Shown one piece after another: positions 20,399-29,745 of a DNA stretch of 64,000 nt (position 1 is its first letter; every line of letters begins with the position of its first letter). This stretch comes from Halanaeroarchaeum sp. (GTDB taxonomy: Archaea; Halobacteriota; Halobacteria; Halobacteriales; Halobacteriaceae). The stretch lies in the NCBI GenBank assembly GCA_042216165.1, contig JBDGUD010000041.1:149-64148 (forward strand), read 5' to 3'. The notes under the pieces were generated by a model. That model saw nothing but the letters and a program-made list of their open reading frames with translations, was not told the DNA's origin and made no database searches. A program made the position numbers and the translations under genes.

Positions 20399-21985
20399 AT
20401 GTCAGAGTCGGAGTCAGGACGAATGCCGCGAGGTGGACAGCCGATGCTCATCCTCAGCGAGGACTCCGAGCGGACCCAGGGGAAGGACGCCCGCTCGTCG
20501 AACATCTCCGCGGGGAAGGCAGTCGCGGAATCGGTCCGGACGACGCTCGGGCCGCGCGGAATGGACAAGATGCTGGTCAGCGACGCGGGGGACGTCGTCA
20601 TCACCAACGACGGGGCGACGATCCTCGACGAGATGGACATCGAACACCCGGCGGCCCAGATGCTCGTCGAGGTCGCCGAGTCCCAGGAGGAGGAAGTCGG
20701 CGACGGCACCACCACGGCGGCCGTCCTCGCGGGACAACTCCTCTCGGAGGCCGAGGAGTTCCTCGACCGGGACATCCATCCGACGACCATCGCCGAGGGC
20801 TACGCGAACGCCCGCGACATCGCGCTCGAGGAACTCGAGGACCTGGTCATCGACGAGGACCTCGACGACGAGATTCTCGAGGACGTCGCGGAGTCCAGCA
20901 TGACCGGCAAGGGCACCGGGGGCCTGACCGCCTCATCGCTCGCTGCGGACATCGTCCAGGCCGTTCGCCGCGCCCAGCGCGACGGCACCGTGAGCGAGTC
21001 CGACGTTCAGATCGTGACGCGGTCGGGCCAGTCCTCGAACGCGACTGAACTCGTCGACGGCGTCGTCATCGACGAGGAGCCGCTCCGCGACGACATGCCC
21101 GGGACGGTCGCGGACGCGTCGATCGCACTCGTCGACACCGACCTGGAGACCCGGGAGACGGAGATCGACGTCGAGTACAACGTTCAGAGCGCCGACCAGC
21201 TCGACGCAGCGGTCGAGTCCGAACAGCGCGAACTCAGAGAGTACGCCGAGACGCTCGAGAACGCGGGCGTCGACGTGGTCTTCGTGACCGGAGACGTCGC
21301 CGACGCCACTGCCGCTTACCTCTCGAACGCGGGTATCCTGGCCTTCGAGAGCGTGGACGACGACACAGTCCTCTCGCTCGCCAATGCGACCGGGGCGAAC
21401 CGACTCGCGGCCCTCGAAGACGTCGATGCGGACGATTTCGGACACGCGGAGTCGGTCCGCGTCGAACGCTACGGCGAGGACGAGGTCACCTTCGTCGAGG
21501 GCGGTGCAGCCGGCGAAAGCGTCTCCATCTTCGTTCGCGGCGGTACCGAACACGTGATGGACGAACTCGAACGGGCCGTTCAGGACGGCGTCGACGCCGT
21601 GGTCGCCGCCATCGAGAAGGGGGGCGTCGTCGCGGGGGCGTCGTCCGCAGAGGTCCAACTGGCCAACGCCCTCCGCGAGGCCGGTGCCGGCGTCGAGGGC
21701 CGTCAACAGTTGGCGGTCGAGGCGTTCGCCGACGCTCTCGACTCGATCCCCCGGACCCTGGCGGAGAACGCCGGGATGGACCCGATCGACGGTCTCGTCG
21801 ACGTGCGGGCGGCCAACGAGTCCGGCCGCGCGGGCATCATCGCCGAAGAGGACGAGGCCTACGTCGGCGACCCGGTCGAACACGGGATCCTCGACCCCGT
21901 GGCGGTGAAGCGAGAGATCCTGTCCGCCGCGACCGAAGCGGCGACGATGATCGTCCGGATCGACGACGTCATCAGCGCGGACTGA
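20399..21985 (+). CDS. thermosome (group II chaperonin) subunit, divergent paralog
   Basis: [30 protein letters not shown]; no GGM tail. Confidence 0.95.
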   Translation: MSESESGRMPRGGQPMLILSEDSERTQGKDARSSNISAGKAVAESVRTTLGPRGMDKMLVSDAGDVVITNDGATILDEMDIEHPAAQMLVEVAESQEEEVGDGTTTAAVLAGQLLSEAEEFLDRDIHPTTIAEGYANARDIALEELEDLVIDEDLDDEILEDVAESSMTGKGTGGLTASSLAADIVQAVRRAQRDGTVSESDVQIVTRSGQSSNATELVDGVVIDEEPLRDDMPGTVADASIALVDTDLETRETEIDVEYNVQSADQLDAAVESEQRELREYAETLENAGVDVVFVTGDVADATAAYLSNAGILAFESVDDDTVLSLANATGANRLAALEDVDADDFGHAESVRVERYGEDEVTFVEGGAAGESVSIFVRGGTEHVMDELERAVQDGVDAVVAAIEKGGVVAGASSAEVQLANALREAGAGVEGRQQLAVEAFADALDSIPRTLAENAGMDPIDGLVDVRAANESGRAGIIAEEDEAYVGDPVEHGILDPVAVKREILSAATEAATMIVRIDDVISAD

Positions 21986-22417
21986 TCACGGCAGTCGAAC
22001 GACGAGGACCGGGCGGTCGGCGTTGGTGACGACGCCCTCAGAGACGCTCCCGAGGCCCTGAACCTTCTCCCTGGGCGTCTTGCCGTGACTGCCCATCACC
22101 ACGAGATCTGCGTCGATTTCCTCTGAGGCGGTGAGAATCTCGCGCACGGGCGTGCCCTCCCTGAGAATCGTGTCGGCCGTCACGCCGGACGCCTCGACGA
22201 CAGACCGCGCACGCTCGAGGGCGTCCGTGCCCGCGGATTCCAGCTCCTCGCGGACATCGTCGGGGTCGGTGTCCGTCGCCGATCGAATCATGCGAGCGTC
22301 GACGACGTACAGTGCGGTGATGGCTGCGTCGTGTGGTTCTGCGATCGCCGTCGCGTGTTCGAGCACGGCCTCGGTGCCGTCGCTCCCGTCCGTCGGGACC
22401 AGGACCCGGTCGTACAT
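21986..22417 (-). CDS. universal stress protein
   Basis: VLVPTDGS, DLVVMGSHG, GSVSE, RPVLVV. Confidence 0.93.
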   Translation of the reverse strand: MYDRVLVPTDGSDGTEAVLEHATAIAEPHDAAITALYVVDARMIRSATDTDPDDVREELESAGTDALERARSVVEASGVTADTILREGTPVREILTASEEIDADLVVMGSHGKTPREKVQGLGSVSEGVVTNADRPVLVVRLP

Positions 22418-22614
22418 GGTATCGCGAGTTCGCGGCCCCGGCCCTTAAAGCCGGTCACCACGGCAGGTACGACCGACCGAGAGGGTGCACGAAGCGGTCG
22501 ACGTGTCCAGGACGCCACGTGTGGCGACGTCGGAGGCCCGACGGATCCGGTGGTGTTCCGGTGGTCGTCGCGTAGGCGATACCACTTTGTCGCTCTAAGG
22601 CACCAGGGGTAGAT

Positions 22615-23241
22615 ATGCCCCTACCCAGACGCGACTTCCTTCGGGTCGGCGTTTCGGCCTCCGTCGCGGGACTCGCTGGCTGCCTGAATTCGGGCGGATC
22701 ACTCGCCGGGCAGACGGTCGAGTCGCTCCCCACGCCGACGCTCGGTGCGGAAGATGCACCGGTGACCGTCAAGGCGTTCGAAGACTACGCGTGTCACCAC
22801 TGCCGGAATTACGTCCTCCAGACGCTGCCGAAGATCCGATCCACGTACGTCGAGAGCGGCATCGTCCGCTACGAACACCACGATTTTCCCATTCCGGTCG
22901 ACGAGACCTGGTCCTACCAGGCCGCGAGCGCCGCGCGCGCCGTGCAGGACACCGTCGGGACGGAGGCGTTCTTCGAGTTCTCACGGGGACTCTACGAGAA
23001 CTTCGGCGAGTACACGATGAACCTCCTGGGCCACCTCGCCGGCGAGGTCGGGGCGGACCCCCAGACGATACAGGACGCCGCGAGAAACCTCACGTACAAA
23101 CCCGTTCTCGCCGCTGACCGCAAGAGAGGCGTGGAAATGGGGGTCAGGGGAACGCCAGCCATATTCGTCGAGGGAACGCTCCTTCCGGCGTACGACTGGG
23201 CGACGGTCTCGTCTGCGATCGAGTCGGCGCGGGTGGACTGA
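22615..23241 (+). CDS. Tat lipoprotein, DsbA/thioredoxin fold
   Basis: RRDFL twin-arginine, LAGC lipobox, CHHC active site, GTP cis-Pro loop. Confidence 0.88.
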   Translation: MPLPRRDFLRVGVSASVAGLAGCLNSGGSLAGQTVESLPTPTLGAEDAPVTVKAFEDYACHHCRNYVLQTLPKIRSTYVESGIVRYEHHDFPIPVDETWSYQAASAARAVQDTVGTEAFFEFSRGLYENFGEYTMNLLGHLAGEVGADPQTIQDAARNLTYKPVLAADRKRGVEMGVRGTPAIFVEGTLLPAYDWATVSSAIESARVD

Positions 23242-23281
23242 GCAGAAGACGCTTTGGAGGTGGCGCCGATACGGTAGTGGC

Positions 23282-24394
23282 ATGGACCTGGCGGACCTCC
23301 GGGCCGACGTTCCGGCACTGGACGACGACGTGTACTGTAACTGGGGGGCGAGCGGGCCGAGTCCCCGACGCGTCGTCGAGGCAATGGAGGGGACCCTCGA
23401 GTATCACGAGTACGAGTCGGCGGGCAGCGAGGGCATGTACCCGTACGCCTTCTCCGTCGTCGACGACGCTCGCGAGTCAGTTGCCTCGTTGCTCGGAACC
23501 GATCCAGACGCGGTCGCGTTGACACAGAGCACGACCGACGCGATCAATCGCGTGGCCACGGCGATCGACTGGTCGCCCGGCGACGAGGTGGTCGTGACCG
23601 ACCTGGAGCACTCCGCCGGTCGCCTGCCGTGGCGCCGACTCGAGCGCGACGTCGGCATCGAGGTGACGGTACTGGAGACGGACGACGGCGTCGTCGACCT
23701 CGACGAGTTCGCGACCGCCGTCGCGGACGCCCGCCTGGCCTGTTTCAGCGCGGTGGACTGGCTGTACGGGAGGCGACACTCCGTGGAGGAGATGGTCGAC
23801 GTGGCCCGAGAGGCAGATACGTTGACGCTCGTCGACGCCGTTCAGGTCCCCGGACAGTTACCCATCGACGTCGAGGCGTGGGGTGCCGACGTCGTCGCGG
23901 GGGCCGGCCACAAGTGGCTACTCGGGCCCTGGGGCGCCGGCTTCCTGTACGTCCGCCCGACCCTGATCGATCGGTTCCACCCGGCGGCCGTCGGTTACCG
24001 GAGCGTCGAGGACCCGAACGATGCCGACATCGACTACGCGAAGGGGTCCCGCAGGTTCGAAATCGGGACCACCAGTCCGGCGCCCTACGCCGGCCTCGTC
24101 GCGGCGATCGAGACGGTTCGATCCGTGGGGATGGACGCGGTCACATCGCGCATTCGCGCGCTGACCGCGCGTTTCAAGGACGGAATCGACGACGATCGGT
24201 TGCTGAGTCCCCGGGCGTTCCACTCGGGACTCGTCTCGGTCCGCGCCGAGGATCCGGCCGCGACCGTGGACACCCTGGCGGAGTCCGGAGTTCAGATCCG
24301 CGCGCTTCCCCGAGACGAGACGGTCCGCGTTTCCCTCCACGCCATCAACACACCCGAGGACGTCGAGGCGGTCCTGGCCGGTCTCCAGTCATAG
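23282..24394 (+). CDS. PLP-dependent class V aminotransferase / C-S lyase
   Basis: DLEH, DAVQ, GHKWLLGP, RFEIGT; no C-terminal catalytic Cys loop. Confidence 0.88.
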   Translation: MDLADLRADVPALDDDVYCNWGASGPSPRRVVEAMEGTLEYHEYESAGSEGMYPYAFSVVDDARESVASLLGTDPDAVALTQSTTDAINRVATAIDWSPGDEVVVTDLEHSAGRLPWRRLERDVGIEVTVLETDDGVVDLDEFATAVADARLACFSAVDWLYGRRHSVEEMVDVAREADTLTLVDAVQVPGQLPIDVEAWGADVVAGAGHKWLLGPWGAGFLYVRPTLIDRFHPAAVGYRSVEDPNDADIDYAKGSRRFEIGTTSPAPYAGLVAAIETVRSVGMDAVTSRIRALTARFKDGIDDDRLLSPRAFHSGLVSVRAEDPAATVDTLAESGVQIRALPRDETVRVSLHAINTPEDVEAVLAGLQS

Positions 24395-24516
24395 TAATAT
24401 TGTACGCGTTGCCCAGTTCTCGTGAGGGTGGTCGAACTGCCAGACGCATACCGAATCGACAGTGGCGGCCCGTTTTGCCGGCAAATGTGCAACTGGCTCG
24501 CACACGACACTCGTTG

Positions 24517-24539
24517 GTATTGTGCTATAACAGCAAAAC
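24517..24539. promoter_or_regulatory. putative operator GTATTG-N11-CAAAAC at the trxA promoter
   Basis: Abuts TATA-like ATTAAG; same spacing as two other sites. Confidence 0.65.
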
Positions 24540-24573
24540 CATTAAGTGCAGTGACGGAATACTGATGGATGCA

Positions 24574-25002
24574 ATGAGTGAAGCGGACGAGACGCTGGAG
24601 GCGATCCGGCGACGGAAGCGCCAGGAACTCCAGCAGGAACTGGACGGGGAGACGTCCACCGGGAACGAGACGGCCCCGTCGGAACCCATCTACATCGACG
24701 GCCCCGATCACTTCGAGGAGGTCACGTCCACCTACGACGTCGTCCTCACGGACTTCTACGCGGACTGGTGTGGGCCCTGCAAGATGCTCGAGCCCATCGT
24801 CGAGGACCTGGCCGCCGAGACCGACGCCGCGATGGCCAAGGTCGACGTGGACCAGCAGCAGGCGCTCGCCCAGCAGTACCGGGTCCAGGGCGTTCCGACG
24901 ATGGTCCTGTTCGCCCAGGGGGACGTCGCAGAACAGATCGTCGGCGTGCGCGAAAAGCACGCCCTGAGAGACCTCATCGAACGACACCAGTCGAACACAT
25001 GA
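24574..25002 (+). CDS. trxA: thioredoxin
   Basis: FYADWCGPCK, GVPT; alternative start 24565. Confidence 0.95.
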   Translation: MSEADETLEAIRRRKRQELQQELDGETSTGNETAPSEPIYIDGPDHFEEVTSTYDVVLTDFYADWCGPCKMLEPIVEDLAAETDAAMAKVDVDQQQALAQQYRVQGVPTMVLFAQGDVAEQIVGVREKHALRDLIERHQSNT

Positions 25003-26015
25003 CAGAGGAGATACACGACGTCGTCATCGCCGGATCTGGCATCGCCGGGCACTCGGCCGCGATTTACGCCGCCCGTGCGGACTTCGAACCGGTCGTCTAC
25101 ACGGGCGAGGAACCCGGCGGCCAACTCACGCTGACCACCGAGGTCGAGAACTTCCTCGGGTTTCCCGACGGAATCGGTGGCACGGAACTGGTCCAGAACG
25201 GCCGAAAACAGGCCGAATCCTTCGGTGCTCGCTACGAGCACCGCTCCATCGAGAGCGCCGACCTCTCCGAACGCCCCTTCACCCTCGAACTCGGGAACGG
25301 CGACGAGGTCCAGACCCGGGCGTTGATCGTGGCGACGGGGGCGAGTGCCCGGTGGGTCGGCGCCGAGAACGAAGACGAACTGATGGGGTACGGCCTCTCG
25401 ACCTGTGCGACGTGCGACGGTGCCTTCCACCGCGGCGACGACGTGCTCGTCGTCGGCGGCGGGGACTCCGCTATGGAGGAGGCCCTCTTCCTGACCAAGT
25501 TCGCGGAGACCGTCTACGTCGTCCACCGGCGCGACGAACTGCGCGCCTCTGAGATCATGGCTCGGCGCGCCGAGGAAAACGAGGACGTCGAGTTCCTCTG
25601 GAACACGGAGTTGACCGAGATTCACGGCAGCCGCGAGGACGGCATCACCGGGGCGACGTTGATCCGCCACCCCGACGGTCACCCGAAGGAGAAACGCGAG
25701 GCGGGCGAGGACGTCGAGACCATCGACTTCGATACCCAGGGAGTCTTCTACGCCATCGGCCACACGCCGAATACGTCCTTCCTCGAGGACACGCCGATCG
25801 AACTGGACGAGGACGGCTACCTGGAGACCCAGGCCGGCATGACCACGGAGACCAACGTCGAGGGCGTCTTCGCCGCCGGCGACGTCATGGACCCGGACTA
25901 CCAGCAGGCGATCACCGCCGCCGGTACCGGGAGCATGGCTGCACTGGACGCCGAGGAGTGGCTCGACGCAGTGGAAGCCGCAGACGGTGAGACGGTTGCG
26001 GCCACTGCCGACTGA
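24999..26015 (+). CDS. trxB: thioredoxin-disulfide reductase
   Basis: GGQL, CATCDG, GGGDSAMEEA, FAAGDV; ATGA overlap with trxA. Confidence 0.95.
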   Translation: MTEEIHDVVIAGSGIAGHSAAIYAARADFEPVVYTGEEPGGQLTLTTEVENFLGFPDGIGGTELVQNGRKQAESFGARYEHRSIESADLSERPFTLELGNGDEVQTRALIVATGASARWVGAENEDELMGYGLSTCATCDGAFHRGDDVLVVGGGDSAMEEALFLTKFAETVYVVHRRDELRASEIMARRAEENEDVEFLWNTELTEIHGSREDGITGATLIRHPDGHPKEKREAGEDVETIDFDTQGVFYAIGHTPNTSFLEDTPIELDEDGYLETQAGMTTETNVEGVFAAGDVMDPDYQQAITAAGTGSMAALDAEEWLDAVEAADGETVAATAD

Positions 26016-26084
26016 CCGGACGAACCCCCTGTCGACGCTACCTCTCCGACGAAAACCCAGTTGGGAGGGGCCGAATCGACGTGA

Positions 26085-26495
26085 TCACGTGATCGGCGGC
26101 GGTGAATCGACGTCGGTCGATCCCTCGCCGTACTTATCACGGAACCGACCGATGAGGTAGCCAATCTGCGCGTACCAGTCGTTCAACTGGCGCTGCATCG
26201 TGTCGGCCACGCTTCCGGGGTCGGCGTTGGTGTAGACGTGGTAGTAACCGCCCTGATCGTAGTTGATCTGCTGTTTCTGGACGAGACCGGCCTGGAGCAA
26301 CCGCTGGACGGACCGGTAGGCCGTCGAGCGCTCCCGGTCGACCCGCGTGGCGAGTTCGTCGATGGTCAGGCGCTCGTCTGCGGCGGAGAGAATGCGAAAG
26401 ACCTCGCGGTCCAGTTCGTTCAACTCGTACAGGCACTCGAGAAGCCCCTCGCACTCGAGGTCCCGTTCGAGGTCACGATTCAGGGCGGAAACCAT
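26085..26495 (-). CDS. single-domain TrmB/OxsR-like wHTH regulator
   Basis: ECEGLLEC, DRERSTAYRSVQRL, GGYYHVY. Confidence 0.88.
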   Translation of the reverse strand: MVSALNRDLERDLECEGLLECLYELNELDREVFRILSAADERLTIDELATRVDRERSTAYRSVQRLLQAGLVQKQQINYDQGGYYHVYTNADPGSVADTMQRQLNDWYAQIGYLIGRFRDKYGEGSTDVDSPPPIT

Positions 26496-26527
26496 TGCGG
26501 TAGAACCTTCGACGTGGTGCGCAAAAA

Positions 26528-26550
26528 GTCTTGCGTGCTTTTTCCAATAC
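26528..26550. promoter_or_regulatory. putative operator GTCTTG-N11-CAATAC at the regulator's own promoter
   Basis: 33 bp upstream of the ATG, next to a T-rich TATA-like element. Confidence 0.65.
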
Positions 26551-26574
26551 TACACACGGCAACGGCCGTCCGAG

Positions 26575-27933
26575 TCAGCCCTCGAGTTTGCTGTTGAGGA
26601 CCTTCGCGGCGGTGAGGACCGGGTCCCAGGTGGGCCCGAACGGGGGCGCGTACGAGAGGTCGAGGTACTCCACCTGCCCCGCGTCCATCTCGGCGTACAG
26701 GGCGGTCGTGACGGTATCGACCCGCTTCGTCACGCCCTCCTCGCCGACCATGCTGGCACCGAGAACCCGTCCGGTGTCGGCGTCGGCCGTGAGTCGGATC
26801 TGAATCTCGCTGCCACCGGGGTAGTAGCCGGCCCGCGACCGCGAGGAAATTTCGACGCTGACCGGGTCGAAACCCGCATCCCGTGCCCGCTCCTCGTCCG
26901 TGATGCCCGTTCGACCCGCCTCGAGGTCGAAGGCCTTGACGACGGCGGTCCCAGCGATCGGCCCGGTGGGTGTCGGATCGCCGGCGACCGTCTGTCCGAC
27001 GGCGCGACCGGCCCGGTTCGCTGTCAACGCGAGGGGCACGTGGTCCGCCTCGCCGGTCACCACGTGCTCGGCCTCCGCGCAGTCGCCCGCGGCGTAGACG
27101 TCGTCCGCGGACGTCTCCCCGTATTCGTCGACCGCGATGGCGCCGGTGTCGCCCACCTCGATACCGGCCTCCTCGGCCAGGGCGGCATTGGCCTGGACGC
27201 CCACGCCGATCACGACAATATCGACGGGGACGGTCTCGTCCTCCGTCCGGACTGCCTCGACCGACTCCTCTCCCTCGAAGCCCTGCACCTCGGTGTCGAG
27301 GTGTACCGCGACGTCGTTGTCCCTGAGTTCGTCCTCGACTGCCTCGGCCACCATCTCACCGAACGGCGCGAGGACGTGCGGGAGCATCTCGAAGACGTGA
27401 ACGTCGAGACCCTGTCCGCGGAACGCCTCTGCCATCTCGATGCCGATGTAGCCTCCGCCGACGATGCCGACGGTCTCCGGGCGCTCCTCTTCGCGCTCGA
27501 CGGCCTCCCTGATCGCTCGTCCAGACGGCGGATCGTGGATCGTGTAGACGTCCTCCAGTTCGACGCCATCGAATGGAGGGACGATCGCGCTCGCGCCAGT
27601 CCCGATCAACAGGGAGTCGTAGGCCTGCTCGATCGACCCGTCTGGAGTATCGACGGTGACGACCTTCTCCTCGGCGTCGATGCTCGTCACCTCGTGGTTC
27701 GTTCTGAGGTCGATGTCACGCTCCTCGCGGAACCGCTCGGGCGGCACTGCCACGATTTCCTCGAGTTCCTCTATTTCCCCCTTGACGTAGTACGGAAGGC
27801 CACACGCACCGTAGGACACCCACTCCCCCTTCTCGAAGACGACGACGTCCATCTCCGGATTCTCGCGTTTGGCCTTGCTGGCGGCGCTCATTCCCGCGGC
27901 GTCGCCGCCGACGACTACGAAGGTCCCGGTCAT
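26575..27933 (-). CDS. CoA-disulfide/persulfide reductase-like FAD oxidoreductase
   Basis: GGDAAGMSAA, SYGACGLPY single Cys, GGGYIG, DLSYAPPF. Confidence 0.88.
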   Translation of the reverse strand: MTGTFVVVGGDAAGMSAASKAKRENPEMDVVVFEKGEWVSYGACGLPYYVKGEIEELEEIVAVPPERFREERDIDLRTNHEVTSIDAEEKVVTVDTPDGSIEQAYDSLLIGTGASAIVPPFDGVELEDVYTIHDPPSGRAIREAVEREEERPETVGIVGGGYIGIEMAEAFRGQGLDVHVFEMLPHVLAPFGEMVAEAVEDELRDNDVAVHLDTEVQGFEGEESVEAVRTEDETVPVDIVVIGVGVQANAALAEEAGIEVGDTGAIAVDEYGETSADDVYAAGDCAEAEHVVTGEADHVPLALTANRAGRAVGQTVAGDPTPTGPIAGTAVVKAFDLEAGRTGITDEERARDAGFDPVSVEISSRSRAGYYPGGSEIQIRLTADADTGRVLGASMVGEEGVTKRVDTVTTALYAEMDAGQVEYLDLSYAPPFGPTWDPVLTAAKVLNSKLEG

Positions 27934-27962
27934 GTACGACACTACCGCAGACGTCGTCAAAA

Positions 27963-27985
27963 GTATTGCCAATGGCGCACAATAC
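27963..27985. promoter_or_regulatory. perfect operator GTATTG-N11-CAATAC
   Basis: 30 bp upstream of the reductase ATG, between divergent genes. Confidence 0.7.
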
Positions 27986-28038
27986 GGAGTCGGCCGACGG
28001 GGCACACCGTAAAGGTGGTCGGCCCCGACGGGACCAAT

Positions 28039-28674
28039 ATGGCACTGACGGAACCGTTCGACCGATACACGGAGCGGTACGACGACTGGTTCGAACGGCA
28101 CGAACCGGTCTACCGATCCGAGTTACGGGCGCTACAACAGTTCGTCGACGCCGACGCGTTCGGTCTCGAGATCGGGGTCGGGAGCGGTCAGTTCGCCGAC
28201 CCCCTGGACGTCGATGTCGGCATCGATCCCTCGCGGGAGATGATCGCGCGGGCACGCGATCGAGGAATCGAGGTGGTACTCGGCGTGGCCGAACGGTTGC
28301 CGATCGCGGACGACCGGTTCGACGTCGCCGTGCTCGTGACGACCATCTGTTTCGTCGACGACGTGACCGCGACGCTGACGGAGGCGGCCCGGGTACTCGC
28401 GTCGGACGGGCGGCTCGTGATGGGCTACATCGACCGGGAGAGTCCCGTCGGACGGATCTACCAGGAGATGCAGGACGAGAACCCGTTCTACCGCGACGCG
28501 ACGTTCGTCTCGACGGACGAACTGCTGGCGGAGATGGAGGCGATCGGGTACCGGGACGTCGACGTCGTTCAGACCGTGTTCCAGTCACCCGACGAGATGA
28601 CCACGGTGGATCGCGTCGAGTCGGGATACGGTGACGGTTCCTTCGTCGCTTTGTCGGCCAGGCCCCCGGCCTGA
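28039..28674 (+). CDS. class I SAM-dependent methyltransferase
   Basis: YDDWF, LEIGVGSG, AERLP, TTICFV. Confidence 0.88.
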   Translation: MALTEPFDRYTERYDDWFERHEPVYRSELRALQQFVDADAFGLEIGVGSGQFADPLDVDVGIDPSREMIARARDRGIEVVLGVAERLPIADDRFDVAVLVTTICFVDDVTATLTEAARVLASDGRLVMGYIDRESPVGRIYQEMQDENPFYRDATFVSTDELLAEMEAIGYRDVDVVQTVFQSPDEMTTVDRVESGYGDGSFVALSARPPA

Positions 28675-29049
28675 TCAGGAGAGGGGGACCTTGAGGTCGA
28701 GGACGGGGCTGCCGTCGAGCATGTCTACGCCTCGAACCTCGAGGTTCGGCCCGTCGATGGAGACGATCTCGACCGTCGTGAGACAGATCGGGTTTGGCCG
28801 TGCCGGCGAACGACTCGTGAACACGCCCCGGTCGTCGCGCTTGTCCACCCGGAGCAGGCTTCGGTCGGCCTCGTTTGCGAACCAGATCACCACGACCTCG
28901 TCGCCGGGTTCGTAGCCGTCCAGACCCTCGGCGTATTGGGGTTCCAGTTCGATCGTTCCCTCGATGTCCTCGAGGAGCCCCTGGCGGGGAGCGTCGTCGG
29001 TCGTCTCGATGGGCGTGTGGACGCGGCCGATCGGTTCGAGTTCGATCAC
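28675..29049 (-). CDS. TsaA/TrmO-like (UPF0066) SAM-binding protein, single domain
   Basis: PIGRV, PRQG, GVFTSRSPARPNPI, DMLDGSPVLDLK. Confidence 0.9.
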   Translation of the reverse strand: MIELEPIGRVHTPIETTDDAPRQGLLEDIEGTIELEPQYAEGLDGYEPGDEVVVIWFANEADRSLLRVDKRDDRGVFTSRSPARPNPICLTTVEIVSIDGPNLEVRGVDMLDGSPVLDLKVPLS

Positions 29050-29118
29050 GACTTCTCTTCGCCCGCCCGGGTCTCGGGTGTTCCGGTTCCCACCGCTCGA
29101 ACGACGCTCCGGTACCCG

Positions 29119-29448
29119 CTACCCGTACTCCAACCGAGGGGAGCCACCCGGAGCGTCCACTGGGGACACGTGCTCGACGGTCACCCCGTCGACGCCGAAC
29201 CCGCCCGCCAGTCGATCTGCAGGTGGCTCTTCGGCGGCCGCGAGACGGACAGCGACCCGGGCCTCGACCACCATGTCGTTGAGTCGTGGGGTCAGGTCCA
29301 GCATCTCCACGTCGTCGACGTGCTCCACGTCGTCGACGCGCGCCAACACGGTCCGGAGTCCGTCTTCGAGCGTGCCGTCGTCGTTCCTGGGGACCCGTAC
29401 TCGGACCCTCGCTTCGAGTCTGACGGGGGTCGATGGTGGTGCGTACAT
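29119..29448 (-). CDS. hypothetical acidic protein (109 aa)
   Basis: Haloarchaeal composition and codon usage; LTPRLND; ATG directly after the tRNA-like element. Confidence 0.65.
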   Translation of the reverse strand: MYAPPSTPVRLEARVRVRVPRNDDGTLEDGLRTVLARVDDVEHVDDVEMLDLTPRLNDMVVEARVAVRLAAAEEPPADRLAGGFGVDGVTVEHVSPVDAPGGSPRLEYG

Positions 29449-29449
29449 A

Positions 29450-29514
29450 GGCTCCCGGCGCGATTCGAACGCGCCACGGCGAACGTTCCTGGTCGGCCCA
29501 TCGGCCGCGGGAGC
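29450..29514 (-). ncRNA. tRNA-like element (acceptor stem plus T-arm, no proper anticodon arm)
   Basis: GCTCCCG/CGGGAGC, CGGCC-GATG-GGCCG, GCGCG-TTCGAAT-CGCGC. Confidence 0.6.
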
Positions 29515-29607
29515 GACGATGCACACCCCCGAGGACGCCGCGTGACGACGAGAGAACAGCAGCCCCGTCCACCCGGGGAGGACGTCCCCCGCCATCACGT
29601 CGGCGGT

Positions 29608-29745
29608 TTACTGCTCGAGGGTGGACGCGGACTGCACCGAGGACGTGGCCACGACGGCGGCCCCGATCCACCCATCGCATTCGAACCCGTACCCTGCAGT
29701 CGGCGGCAGCGGGGTCGGGTTCCGGGTGATCGGAGCGGCCATCAT
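29608..29745 (-). CDS. possible 45-aa leader ORF
   Basis: MMAAPITRNPTPLPP...LEQ*, downstream of GAAACCTTTATT BRE/TATA near 29790-29802. Confidence 0.35.
   Translation of the reverse strand: MMAAPITRNPTPLPPTAGYGFECDGWIGAAVVATSSVQSASTLEQ

Noticed and set aside
26347-28674. Apparent 775-aa methyltransferase fusion
   Set aside because: The N-terminal part is the antisense of the reductase gene; the real start is 28039.
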